Positions 7,828-17,571 of a stretch of DNA of 64,000 nt are shown one piece after another. The notes under the pieces are model-generated. The model was not told the DNA's origin, did not search any database, and was given only the letters and a program-made list of their open reading frames with translations. The stretch's first letter is position 1. The number at the start of each line of letters is the position of its first letter. Source of the stretch: an uncultured virus (IMG/VR IMGVR_UViG_3300031998_000082) (lineage: Duplodnaviria > Heunggongvirae > Uroviricota > Caudoviricetes); the IMG/VR virus record IMGVR_UViG_3300031998_000082; one strand, written 5' to 3'. A program made the position numbers and the translations under genes.

Positions 7828-9342
7828 ATGGTCAATGTGTTTGTAGCATGTCCAGAGCGTTGCGAAACGGGTGGAATAGAGCTTTTACATCAGCTATGCT
7901 TGGAATTGAATCAGCAAGCCAATATATGTGCAAAAATGTGGTATATCGCAAAGCAGTTGAACAATCCACAGCCAGAGCGATATACTAAAGCATATGGGTG
8001 TAATTACATCGTTACAGACAGTCCAGACAGTGATGCAGTTCTGATATTTCCAGAAATCTGGGCCAAGAAGATAGAGCGATTCAAGAACAACCGAAACATT
8101 ATTTTCTGGGAAAGTGTAGATAACTACAAGAAGTGGACTGGCAGAGATGCAGTTCCGAAAGAATACAATAGGATTTTGCATCTCACACAGTCATTCTATG
8201 CGTCAGATTTTCTCATAAAGAGCGGTATTGATGCGAAGCAGATAATTTATACAGGTGATTATATAAACCCAGCTTATTTGTCAAATATGAGCGTTACAGA
8301 GCGTTCGGATATTGTACTGTATAATCCTAAAAAGGGTATGGATTTTACGGAGCAGATAATATCACGAATGCCTGATGTAACATTTATGCCAATATGCAAC
8401 TTGACACAGACACAGATTATAAGTCTGATGGACAGTAGCAAGCTGTATATTGACTTTGGTGAGCATCCCGGCAAAGATAGAATGCCAAGAGAATCAGCGT
8501 CCAGAGGTTGTTGTATAATCACAGACAGAGAAGGCAGTGCCAAATATCGAGACGATGTGAACATACCAGAGGAATACAAATTTGACAGAGACAGCAAGAA
8601 CTTGCCAGCAATATGTGAGAAGATTCGGGAAGTGCTGAAGCATTATGAGACATGTAAGTCAGATTTTGACGATTACCGACAGTCTATAAGACACGAAAGA
8701 CATCAATTCCAAGAGGGCATAAAAGCACTTGCAAAGCGTATATACCAGCCAAGATTCAGCATCATAATTCCAGCTTTTAACGCTGAAAACCACATCCGAA
8801 AAGCGTTGGAAAGCATAAAAATGCAGATTTTTCGCGATTTCGAGTTGATAATCGTATGTGACAGCTGTACGGATAACACTGAAGCAATAGCGCGAGAATA
8901 CACCGACAAAGTGTTTATAGTTGAAAATCACTGTGATGGACCAACGAGAAATAGAGGTATTGAAGAAGCTAAAGGCGATTACATACTCTTCATGGATGAC
9001 GATGACTGGTGGATACATGAATATGTATTGACAGAACTTGACCGAAAGCTGAGAGAAGAGAACGAGCCAGATATTCTATGCTTCAGCTTTATTTTCAAAG
9101 ATTGGCTGTATGCAAGACCACAATTACCAACTGGTGGGTATTGGATAGCGACATGGAATAAAGCTTGGAAACGCACAAGCATCGGAGATTCAAGATTTGG
9201 AAATGTACGTTCCAAGAGTGATGTGCAGTTTCATAGGCAGATGTTTTCAAAACGATTGAGAGTGGTGGAATTTGATGCTTTGATGTATTACTACAACTGG
9301 TTGCGGAAAGGCAGTCAAACAGAGATAGACAGGAGGAAATAA
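7828..9342 (+). CDS. two-domain glycosyltransferase (N-terminal GT-B-like, C-terminal GT2)
   Basis: TGGIELLHQL / YNPKKG / YIDFGEHPGKDRMPRE N-domain; FSIIIPAFNAE..VCDSCTDNT..RNRGIEEAKGDYILFMDDDD GT2 domain. Confidence 0.9.
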   Translation: MVNVFVACPERCETGGIELLHQLCLELNQQANICAKMWYIAKQLNNPQPERYTKAYGCNYIVTDSPDSDAVLIFPEIWAKKIERFKNNRNIIFWESVDNYKKWTGRDAVPKEYNRILHLTQSFYASDFLIKSGIDAKQIIYTGDYINPAYLSNMSVTERSDIVLYNPKKGMDFTEQIISRMPDVTFMPICNLTQTQIISLMDSSKLYIDFGEHPGKDRMPRESASRGCCIITDREGSAKYRDDVNIPEEYKFDRDSKNLPAICEKIREVLKHYETCKSDFDDYRQSIRHERHQFQEGIKALAKRIYQPRFSIIIPAFNAENHIRKALESIKMQIFRDFELIIVCDSCTDNTEAIAREYTDKVFIVENHCDGPTRNRGIEEAKGDYILFMDDDDWWIHEYVLTELDRKLREENEPDILCFSFIFKDWLYARPQLPTGGYWIATWNKAWKRTSIGDSRFGNVRSKSDVQFHRQMFSKRLRVVEFDALMYYYNWLRKGSQTEIDRRK

Positions 9343-9343
9343 T

Positions 9344-9511
9344 ATGTACGAGTGTTTTCATTGTGGCATGAGGACAGTTATTTGGCAGAGTGATTTCACA
9401 TTCGAGGAGATGGGTTACGAAGGTGAGGGTGTTGGGAACTGTTGTAAATGCACAAATTGTGGAGCCGAGATAGAATATCGAGTGGCAGAGAAGCAAGAGG
9501 ACGAAGAATAA
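9344..9511 (+). CDS. small zinc-ribbon protein
   Basis: 55-aa ORF with GGAGG RBS; CFHC...CTNCG. Confidence 0.7.
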   Translation: MYECFHCGMRTVIWQSDFTFEEMGYEGEGVGNCCKCTNCGAEIEYRVAEKQEDEE

Positions 9512-10188
9512 TGGCAAAATATATGATACACACATATCCGAAAAGGCTGTGGTATGTAGAGCAATATTTAATTCCATCAATGTTGGCACAAGGTATTGCA
9601 AAAGATGACATTACAGTGTATAATGACAGTAAGGGAGAAGGCAACTTGCGGGCTTGTATGAGCGCATTTGCAAGCTGTCCAAACGATATCGGAGGCACTT
9701 GGCATTTGCAAGATGATGTTCTCATCTGTAAAGATTTTAAGCAGAGAACAGAGTGGTATGATAACGGACTTGTGTGTGGATTCTCAAGTAAGCTTTACGA
9801 TGGTGATGAAGCAAACAAGAGAGGAGCAGTGCCGAGAGCGCGTATGTGGTTTAGTTTTCCTTGCATCAGAATACCCAACATGTGGGCAAGATGGTGTGCT
9901 GAGTGGGTAAATAAATACATCATTGGAAATCCTGTTTACCGTCAGTATTGGGAAAAGGGAGTCAATGATGACTGGGCATTCAGACAGTATTTAAAAGAGT
10001 TTCAGCGCGATTGCTGTGCCTTGAATATAATGCCGAATCTTGTTGACCATGTAGACTATCTTTTAGGTGGTGGAAGTGGTGGAAAGCGTAAAGAGCCGGT
10101 AAGAGCGCAGTATTGGACAGATGATGACTTGGTAAAAGAGCTTGAGGAGAAGATACATGGCAGGAGTGAAAGCTTGGATAACAATTAA
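9511..10188 (+). CDS. GT-A-fold glycosyltransferase-like protein
   Basis: WHLQDDV (DxD-like) motif and PNLVDH; adjacent to another glycosyltransferase. Confidence 0.65.
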   Translation: MAKYMIHTYPKRLWYVEQYLIPSMLAQGIAKDDITVYNDSKGEGNLRACMSAFASCPNDIGGTWHLQDDVLICKDFKQRTEWYDNGLVCGFSSKLYDGDEANKRGAVPRARMWFSFPCIRIPNMWARWCAEWVNKYIIGNPVYRQYWEKGVNDDWAFRQYLKEFQRDCCALNIMPNLVDHVDYLLGGGSGGKRKEPVRAQYWTDDDLVKELEEKIHGRSESLDNN

Positions 10189-11038
10189 TGGACAGCATAT
10201 ACCCATTATGGAAGGTCAATCGAAAGACGATGCAATCAAGAATTTTACAGCGCGTCAGAATGAGGTCAAAAAAGAGAATGACGAAAAGCAACGGCAGATA
10301 GATGCAAGCAAGAAACAAGCTGAGATACAAAAACGAGCCGAAGATAAAAATGCTTCCATGATTGATAATTTTGATATTAAGTCATTAGGACCACTAAAAG
10401 ATGCTGATGATGTGGATGAGTTTATAGATAAAAATCTATCTAATAGATTGTTTAAGCAGTTTGGTGCAAATGAGGGTCTGGATTCCATACGGCAGTTGTG
10501 GTATGAGATGAAGCGTCAAGAAGAAATCAAAAATCTACATGAAATGTCGATGGATGATGCGATTGATAAAATTACGGACTCAATTAAAGCAAGTCATATT
10601 TCAGGCTGGTTTAGAAACGGAGACTCATCATATAAGCCCCGTATTGCCGAGCAAATGTTTTATAATAAAGGTGTACTTAATGCATCACTTAATGTGGCAT
10701 ATCACAATTATAAAACTGGTTTGGATAAAAATGAAAAACCTATGGATTATAAGACTTGGTTATATACGCCAATAACAGTTTATAGAGGAACATCTGGTCA
10801 AAAACTTGTTTCGGATGATGTATTTACATCATATACACCAGATAAAAAGATAGCTGAGAATTTTGCATATGGTAAAGATGGAGCTACGGGTTCACAGCAT
10901 GGTGGAGAGCCAAAAGTATCAAGTATGCAGTTACGACCAATTGATACGTGGGGACAGATGTCAACAAATGGAGAGCTTGAATACATGGTACCACTTACAA
11001 TAGAGTCAAAATCAGACCGCAAAGAGCGCAAAAAATGA
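10157..11038 (+). CDS. WIT-leader effector 4: ADP-ribosyltransferase-like (R-S-E) domain
   Basis: GAGGAG RBS; WITINGQHIPI leader; C-term VYRG, FTSYT..KKIAENF, GELEYMV. Confidence 0.7.
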   Translation: MAGVKAWITINGQHIPIMEGQSKDDAIKNFTARQNEVKKENDEKQRQIDASKKQAEIQKRAEDKNASMIDNFDIKSLGPLKDADDVDEFIDKNLSNRLFKQFGANEGLDSIRQLWYEMKRQEEIKNLHEMSMDDAIDKITDSIKASHISGWFRNGDSSYKPRIAEQMFYNKGVLNASLNVAYHNYKTGLDKNEKPMDYKTWLYTPITVYRGTSGQKLVSDDVFTSYTPDKKIAENFAYGKDGATGSQHGGEPKVSSMQLRPIDTWGQMSTNGELEYMVPLTIESKSDRKERKK

Positions 11039-11048
11039 GGTGAAGTAA

Positions 11049-12719
11049 ATGGCATTTTGGTCAAGTATAATATCAAAATTAAAGGAGATACTGAAGAAGA
11101 TGATAGGAGCAAGGACAATCGAACAGACTTTACACGTAACACCTATTATGTCATCGCAGATGGAACACGCTATACAGCTTTGGGCTGACATGTACAAGAA
11201 TCAGGCTCCATGGCTTAAAGAACCTACTCCGCAGGACCCTGTGAGGATTGCATCGCTTGGCTTACCTGCAATGATAGCAAGCGAGAAGGCAAGGACAGCT
11301 TTGCTTGAGTTTGAAAGCGAGATTACCACTCCTACTGAAGAAGTCGAAAGACCTAATCCTAAATACAAAGAGCCTGAGCCTGATGAGTATGGCAATATCA
11401 TGCCGAGCTTAGAGCCTAAGACAATTACAGAGGACAGAGCTATTGGTCCTACTGATAGAGCTGAATATCTCAACGAGCAATACAAGAAGCTAAAGAAACA
11501 GCTTAGAAAGCAGTTAGAGTATGGCATAGCAAAGGGCGGGCTTGTTATCAAACCGTATCTTGTAGCTAATGAAGTAGATGGCAAAGACACTGACTGGCAG
11601 ATTGAATTTGACTTTATACAGGCAGACAGCTTTTTCCCGTTAGCTTTTGACGCAAGTGGACAGATTACAGAGGCCGCTTTTGTACAGACTCAGATAGAAA
11701 AAGACATCATTTTCAGGAGACTTGAATATCACAAGTGGAAGAATAACACAGTGACCATTATCAACAAGGCATTCAAGTCTACGACAAACAAAGGAAATCA
11801 AGATGATTTAAACGGATTGGATTTAGGTCAGGAAGTTCCTCTGTCGAGCGTATCGGCATGGAAAGACTTAAAAGAGACAGTGACTATCAAGAATATACAG
11901 AAACCGCTTTTTGCATACTTCAGAATGCCAGAAGCTAATACGATTGATACATCATCACCGCTTGGTGTATCTGGATACAGCAGAGTAAAAGACCTCATCA
12001 AAGATGCTGACTTTCAATATTCAAGAATGCTGTGGGAGTATGAAGCAGGCGAGATGGCAATCGATATTGACCGTGATGCTATGCAGTTTAGAGAAGATGG
12101 CAAGGGTGGCGGACAGACAGTCATGAACCACTTACAGGCAAGGCTTTTCAGAACCATCGACTTGGGCGAATCCGATACATATCAGCCCTACGCACCTACG
12201 TTGCGGGATTCGTCTTATATACAAGGACTTAATGCAATACTCATGAGGATTGAAGATGTCGCAGGATTAGGACGAGGCAGTCTTTCAGACGCTACAATGG
12301 AAGCTAAGACAGCAACAGAGATTAAATCTATGAAGCAGAGAGCATTCCAGACGAATAAAGACATACAGGATTCATTGGAAGATACTTTGCGTGATGTGAT
12401 TTACATCATGAATGCATACTGTGATTTATACGACATCACACCCGATGGAGATTATGATGCATCATTTGAGTGGGACGATTCAATCTTGGTAGATGTAGAT
12501 ACCGAGCTGAATAAGAGATTATCACTCATGAATGCTGGTCTTGCAAGCAAAGTAGAAGTCAGAATGTGGTACTTTGGTGAGACAAAGAGACAGGCTGAAG
12601 AAGCATTACAGGAAATCGACAAAGAGAACATACAGAGCGCAGAAAACGACATGATTATGGGAAGCAATAACGAGGATAATAATAACTTCAACAAAAACAA
12701 AGGAGGATTCGATTCATGA
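11049..12719 (+). CDS. portal protein (A118/SPP1-like)
   Basis: Position after terL; 556 aa; PLFAYFRMPEANTID..SPLGVS, KTATEI and FEWDDSI motifs of A118-type portals. Confidence 0.9.
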   Translation: MAFWSSIISKLKEILKKMIGARTIEQTLHVTPIMSSQMEHAIQLWADMYKNQAPWLKEPTPQDPVRIASLGLPAMIASEKARTALLEFESEITTPTEEVERPNPKYKEPEPDEYGNIMPSLEPKTITEDRAIGPTDRAEYLNEQYKKLKKQLRKQLEYGIAKGGLVIKPYLVANEVDGKDTDWQIEFDFIQADSFFPLAFDASGQITEAAFVQTQIEKDIIFRRLEYHKWKNNTVTIINKAFKSTTNKGNQDDLNGLDLGQEVPLSSVSAWKDLKETVTIKNIQKPLFAYFRMPEANTIDTSSPLGVSGYSRVKDLIKDADFQYSRMLWEYEAGEMAIDIDRDAMQFREDGKGGGQTVMNHLQARLFRTIDLGESDTYQPYAPTLRDSSYIQGLNAILMRIEDVAGLGRGSLSDATMEAKTATEIKSMKQRAFQTNKDIQDSLEDTLRDVIYIMNAYCDLYDITPDGDYDASFEWDDSILVDVDTELNKRLSLMNAGLASKVEVRMWYFGETKRQAEEALQEIDKENIQSAENDMIMGSNNEDNNNFNKNKGGFDS

Positions 12720-12940
12720 CACTTAGAGACCTTTTATCAACACTGACCACACCCAGCGTAACAGTCAATATTCATGAGATGAGTACGGGAACTGAGATTG
12801 TAAGTTTGAAATCGACAGGCTTTGAAAGTCTTTCCAGTGATATCAAGGAGAGCGAAGTAAAGCATTGGGAGCTTTTAACACCCGTGCTGAGTATCAAGGC
12901 TATAATCGATACTACGACCACAACAAACGCAGAGGAGTAA
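12716..12940 (+). CDS. small hypothetical protein with Thr-rich C-terminus
   Basis: GGAGG RBS; ends DTTTTTNAEE. Confidence 0.7.
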   Translation: MTLRDLLSTLTTPSVTVNIHEMSTGTEIVSLKSTGFESLSSDIKESEVKHWELLTPVLSIKAIIDTTTTTNAEE

Positions 12941-12941
12941 A

Positions 12942-14162
12942 ATGTTATCAGATGATGCATTAAACAGACTCATAGAGCCTATAATCAATCGACAGCAGAG
13001 AATAAACACTTGGTTAATCAAGAAGATAGCACAGCGCATAAAAGAAGTTGGCGAGGTGCTACCTTCTGATGTCCAAACACTGATTAATCTAAGAAATACA
13101 GGCGCAGATGCAAAGAAGATAATGGAAGAGCTTGCAAGGCTTACAGCTTTACAGGTTGCAGATATACAGAATCTGGTAAGATTTGTTGCTAAAGATGCAT
13201 ACAGAAGCGCAAAGCCATTCTATGATTTTAGGAAGAAGTCATATATACCATATGATGAAAATACAGTGTTGAAAAGACGCGTAGAAGCTATGGCGCGTCA
13301 GACATCAGACAGCTATAAGAACATCGCGAAAGCACAGGCTTTTATGGTCAGAGACCCTAAAAATCCTAAGAGATTCATACCAACAAATGTTGCCAGAACA
13401 TATCAAAGAATCGTGGATGAAGCAGTACAGGCCGCATCTGGTGGAGTTGATTACAGGACAGCGATGCACAACACTTTAAAGCAGTTATGCGAGAATGGTA
13501 TACGTTATGTAGTCTACAATACAGAGAGTGGAAGAACATACGCGCAGAGACTTGATACAGCTGTCAGGCGAAATCTTCAAGACGGAATGAGAGCTATAAA
13601 CCAGCAGATGCAGAATATAGTCGGTGAAGAGTTTGGAGCTGATGGCGTTGAAATCTCAGTACATATGAATCCCGCTCCTGACCATGCAGAGATGCAAGGG
13701 CACCAGTATTCAAAAGCTGAATTTGAGAAGATGCAGAACGCTGAGAACTTCAAAGATGTACAAGGCAGAGAATATCAAGGCTTTGAAAGAGCTGTAGGCA
13801 CTTTGAACTGTAGGCACTTTGCGATATCAATAGTTATAGGTGTTGAAGGTCAGACGTACACAGATAAACAGTTACAGGAAATACTCAAGAAGAATCAAGA
13901 GGGATATACATTTCCAAATGGTAAACATCTCACAATGTATGAATGTACACAGCGACAGCGAATGCTTGAAACAAAGATAAGACAGGCTAAAGATGGTCAG
14001 ATAGCCGCACAAAGCGCAGGAGACATGGAATTAGCTAAGAAATATCAAGTCAAGATAAATAGATATACCGCAGAATACAGCGCGTTTTCCAAAGCTTGTG
14101 GATTGTCTATGAAGCTTGGCAAGATACAGGTAAATGGTTACAAAAAAATTTCGGTAAAATGA
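12942..14162 (+). CDS. minor capsid protein (Phage_min_cap2/MuF-like head morphogenesis)
   Basis: LDTAVRR, EISVH..PAPDH..QG, NCRH and QRQRMLETKIR motifs; position after portal. Confidence 0.85.
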   Translation: MLSDDALNRLIEPIINRQQRINTWLIKKIAQRIKEVGEVLPSDVQTLINLRNTGADAKKIMEELARLTALQVADIQNLVRFVAKDAYRSAKPFYDFRKKSYIPYDENTVLKRRVEAMARQTSDSYKNIAKAQAFMVRDPKNPKRFIPTNVARTYQRIVDEAVQAASGGVDYRTAMHNTLKQLCENGIRYVVYNTESGRTYAQRLDTAVRRNLQDGMRAINQQMQNIVGEEFGADGVEISVHMNPAPDHAEMQGHQYSKAEFEKMQNAENFKDVQGREYQGFERAVGTLNCRHFAISIVIGVEGQTYTDKQLQEILKKNQEGYTFPNGKHLTMYECTQRQRMLETKIRQAKDGQIAAQSAGDMELAKKYQVKINRYTAEYSAFSKACGLSMKLGKIQVNGYKKISVK

Positions 14163-14172
14163 TAAAAACCAC

Positions 14173-14201
14173 TTGTATTTTTCACCAAAAGATGCTATAC
14201 T
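14173..14201 (+). promoter_or_regulatory. putative promoter
   Basis: TTGTAT-N17-TATACT with extended TGn, upstream of 14239. Confidence 0.5.
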
Positions 14202-14238
14202 ACAAAGTGAGAATAAATATTCTCAAAGGAGGTCGCTT

Positions 14239-14496
14239 ATGGAAAACATACTGCCCTCAATTATTACTGGTGTTTTAGCGTTGATTGGAATAATTTTTAC
14301 CAATATCATGTCGAATAGACAGATTGAGCATAAATTGGAAATCAATCAGTCGGAGATGAATATTAAGCTTGATTATATCACAGCACAGGTGGAAAAACAC
14401 AGTGCTGGTATCGAGCAGGTACCCGTCTTAATTGAGAAAGTACACAATCTTGAAAGACGCATGGAATCAGTGGAAAAGCAGATATCAAAAGGTTGA
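14239..14496 (+). CDS. small membrane/coiled-coil protein
   Basis: GGAGG RBS; N-terminal TM helix followed by coiled coil. Confidence 0.65.
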   Translation: MENILPSIITGVLALIGIIFTNIMSNRQIEHKLEINQSEMNIKLDYITAQVEKHSAGIEQVPVLIEKVHNLERRMESVEKQISKG

Positions 14497-14513
14497 ATAG
14501 CCTGTTGATATAT

Positions 14514-14600
14514 ACGACCAGCGTAAAGTCGTTTAAAGAACGCACATTCAGCGGACACTGTAATCCGCGTTTACAAATAACAGACATAAAGAATGGAGGA
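14514..14600 (+). ncRNA. candidate structured 5' leader upstream of scaffold gene (two H-type pseudoknots; GP20-RNA-motif-like position)
   Basis: ACGAC/GTCGT with loop GCGT:ACGC; GCGGA/TCCGC with loop CTGT:ACAG; enclosing CATTC/GAATG abutting the RBS. Confidence 0.5.
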
Positions 14601-14605
14601 AATTT

Positions 14606-15280
14606 ATGAACATCAAAGAAATTTTTGACAAAGCAGAGAATGGCGTATTGACTTATGAACAGTTTGCCGAATTAGCGAAATCTGGCAATGCTAAGTTTGC
14701 TGATTTGAGTGAGGGCGCATATGTGTCCAAGAGTAAGTTTGATGCCGAGCTTGAGTCAAAAGCAAGAGAGATTGAGACTCTTACAGGTACAATCTCAACA
14801 CGCGACACAGACTTGGAGACTCTAAAGAAACAGCTTGAGAGTGCAGGCGCAGATACTACAAAGCTTGCCGAGCTTACCACACAGCTTCAGACTTTACAGT
14901 CTAAGTATGATGAGGATTCAAAAGCTTATAAGAAGCAGTTACAGGAGCAGGCCTATAAGTATGCAGTTAATAGGTATGCTGATGGACAGACGTTCTCAAG
15001 TACGGCCGCTAAAAGAGACTTCATACAGTCTATGCTTGCAAAGCAGTTAAAGATGGAGAATGACTCCATTCTTGGTGCTGATGACTTTTTGAAGTCATAC
15101 ACCGAAAGCAATCAGGACGCGTTCATTACTGAGATTGACTTAAATCAGTTTAATGAAGGTTCTGAGAGCAAACCGCAGTTCGTAGGTTCTACACCCGGAG
15201 CTGAAGATGTAAACGCAGGTGACCCGACTGGAGGCTTTTTAAATGCGATGCACTTTACGCCGATTAGACCTATGCCGTAA
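14606..15280 (+). CDS. capsid scaffolding protein (GP20-like)
   Basis: YVSKSKF..coiled coil..RDTDLETLK pattern; immediately before major capsid gene. Confidence 0.85.
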   Translation: MNIKEIFDKAENGVLTYEQFAELAKSGNAKFADLSEGAYVSKSKFDAELESKAREIETLTGTISTRDTDLETLKKQLESAGADTTKLAELTTQLQTLQSKYDEDSKAYKKQLQEQAYKYAVNRYADGQTFSSTAAKRDFIQSMLAKQLKMENDSILGADDFLKSYTESNQDAFITEIDLNQFNEGSESKPQFVGSTPGAEDVNAGDPTGGFLNAMHFTPIRPMP

Positions 15281-15308
15281 AATCATTTTTATATAGGAGG
15301 AAAATACT

Positions 15309-16319
15309 ATGCCTTATGTAGCACCCGCAAACAATGGCACAACCGCACAGGGTGGCATCAATTATGCTACCGAGTATTCAAGAGCATTATCACAGATGTG
15401 GCCTTACGTCCTCAACTTTGGTAAGCTCTACAGCACACCTAACAATGGTAGATATCGTTGGGTAAATGCTAAGACTATCGAGATTCCCAGCATTTCAACT
15501 TCCGGTCGTGTTAATGCTGACAGAGATACCGTAGCATTTGCACAGCGTAATTACGACAATGCATGGGAAGCAAAGACCCTTGAGAATCAGAGAAAGTGGT
15601 CAACACTTGTTCATCCTATGGACATTGACCAGACAAACATGGTAGCTACCATTTCAAACATCACAAACGTATTCAACAGCGAACAGAAGTTCCCCGAAAT
15701 GGATGCTTACCTCATTTCCAAGATTTACACAGATTGGCTTGAGACAAAGAATCCTCGTACTCAGGAGACTCATACTCCTGATACCACAGTTCTTACTCTT
15801 CAGAATGTCCTCAATGTATTTGATGACTTAATGCTGAAGATGGACAATGCAATGGTACCTCCTACAGGTCGTATCCTGTATGTAACCAATGAAGTTAAGA
15901 AGCTCATCGGCAATGCTGATAAGATTTCACGTTCAATGGACATCACTTCAGGACCTAACGCAATCGACCGTAGAGTAAACAGACTTGATGAAGTTGAAAT
16001 CATTGGTGTTCCTTCAACACTTATGAAAACAGCTTATAAGTTTACTACAGGTTGGGAAGTAGCACCTGGTGCAAAGCAGATTAACATGTTCCTTGTTCAT
16101 CCGCTTGCAGTTATCACACCCGTAAGCTACACCTTCTCAAGACTTGATGCTCCTTCAGCAATGTCAGAAGGCAAGTATGTTTACTACGAGGAGTCATTCG
16201 AGGATGCATTCATTCTTAACAAGAAGTCGGATGCAATTCAGTTCAATATCACTGATGCTGGCACAACCGGCACTACAGAGACAACTGAGACTACCGAGAC
16301 CACAGAAACAACTGAATGA
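15309..16319 (+). CDS. major capsid protein
   Basis: 336 aa after scaffold; AKTIEIPSIST, DIDQTN, PEMDAY, GAKQINMFLVHP motifs; C-terminal (TTE)n tail. Confidence 0.9.
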   Translation: MPYVAPANNGTTAQGGINYATEYSRALSQMWPYVLNFGKLYSTPNNGRYRWVNAKTIEIPSISTSGRVNADRDTVAFAQRNYDNAWEAKTLENQRKWSTLVHPMDIDQTNMVATISNITNVFNSEQKFPEMDAYLISKIYTDWLETKNPRTQETHTPDTTVLTLQNVLNVFDDLMLKMDNAMVPPTGRILYVTNEVKKLIGNADKISRSMDITSGPNAIDRRVNRLDEVEIIGVPSTLMKTAYKFTTGWEVAPGAKQINMFLVHPLAVITPVSYTFSRLDAPSAMSEGKYVYYEESFEDAFILNKKSDAIQFNITDAGTTGTTETTETTETTETTE

Positions 16320-16341
16320 TAGTTGATATAAGGAGTCAGTT

Positions 16342-16692
16342 ATGACAGACGCTAAGACAGTTACAGTAAAGCGCAGGAACGTCTATTTAGACGTTCCTGT
16401 GGATGCAGTAGACAAATATATGTCTAAGGGCTATGATGTCGTGGATTCGCTTGGAAACGTGATTAAAGAGCATGTTCCGAACGACCCTAACTCATTAAAG
16501 TTTGCATATGATAAGCATGTGGCAGAAATCGCTGATTTAAAGAAGCAGATAGCAGAGCTTAAAGCTGAAAATGCAAAGCTCAAAGCTGAAAATGCGGAGC
16601 TTAATGCTCCAACTTCGAAGTCAGTTGTAGAGACCGAAGCCACAGCTGAAGTCGAGAAACCTGCATCTAAGAGAACTAAGAAAGCAAAATAA
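16342..16692 (+). CDS. hypothetical head-associated coiled-coil protein
   Basis: AGGAG RBS; position after major capsid gene. Confidence 0.65.
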   Translation: MTDAKTVTVKRRNVYLDVPVDAVDKYMSKGYDVVDSLGNVIKEHVPNDPNSLKFAYDKHVAEIADLKKQIAELKAENAKLKAENAELNAPTSKSVVETEATAEVEKPASKRTKKAK

Positions 16693-16711
16693 TTGGAAGG
16701 TGGTGTAGTCA

Positions 16712-17131
16712 ATGTATCTGACATATCTTGAATATCAGAATTATGGTGGAACAGCTGATGAGACCACCTTTAATGATTTAGAGTTTGAAGCTTCTTCCGT
16801 TGTTGATTGGTACACATTTAACAGGCTTCAGAATGAAAACGAATATCCTGAAGCTGTAAAGAGATGTGTTTACAAGATTATTCAGTACATTGTAGCACAA
16901 CAGCAGGTCAATGGGCTTGATACAGCATCAGCGCAGAACAATTCAGAAGGCGCTGGAATCGCGAGTCAGTCTAACGATGGTGTATCTGTAAGCTATAATG
17001 TATTAAGCGCGAAAGATGTGGTCGATAACAGTAAGGCGCAGATAAAGCAGATAGTCGACCAGTATCTTTCAGCTGTCAAGAATAGTCTTGGACAGAAAGT
17101 GCTTTATAGAGGAGTATATCCGAATGAGTAA
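16712..17131 (+). CDS. head-tail connector/adaptor protein
   Basis: MYLTYLEY..GG, SQSNDGVSVSY, LYRGV pattern typical of Firmicutes siphophage adaptors. Confidence 0.8.
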   Translation: MYLTYLEYQNYGGTADETTFNDLEFEASSVVDWYTFNRLQNENEYPEAVKRCVYKIIQYIVAQQQVNGLDTASAQNNSEGAGIASQSNDGVSVSYNVLSAKDVVDNSKAQIKQIVDQYLSAVKNSLGQKVLYRGVYPNE

Positions 17132-17570
17132 ATATCCTGTTTGGTGGGATACCACTGTTACAATCTACAACAAGCACACAGATGCAGTCACACAGCTGGT
17201 CACATGGTATAAGCATGTTGTTAATGGTTGTTTTTGGAAGTATGTACATGATAAAATAACAATCAGAGATACAGTTCTTGAGACAAACAGTACAGTATGT
17301 AGAATACGCGAGTCTGACAGCTTCAAAGAAAAAGGCGTATGGATAAATCTTCCTGCTGATGTTAAAGCTCAATTTTTTACACTTGGACAGGGAGATATCA
17401 TCATTAAAGGCGAAGTTGATGATACTATCAATGAATATGTTTCTGGACATCGCTCATCTGATGTGATTGAGAAGTACAAAGAATTGCAGGGTTGTTTTGA
17501 GATTGAAGTCGCCGCAGTAAATGTTGGGCCCGGTCGAGGACTTCCGCATTACAGAGCGCAGGGAGTATGA
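17124..17570 (+). CDS. head closure / minor capsid protein
   Basis: Synteny; TVTIYN..W..FTL..GDIIIKG..PHY motif. Confidence 0.7.
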   Translation: MSKYPVWWDTTVTIYNKHTDAVTQLVTWYKHVVNGCFWKYVHDKITIRDTVLETNSTVCRIRESDSFKEKGVWINLPADVKAQFFTLGQGDIIIKGEVDDTINEYVSGHRSSDVIEKYKELQGCFEIEVAAVNVGPGRGLPHYRAQGV

Positions 17571-17571
17571 C

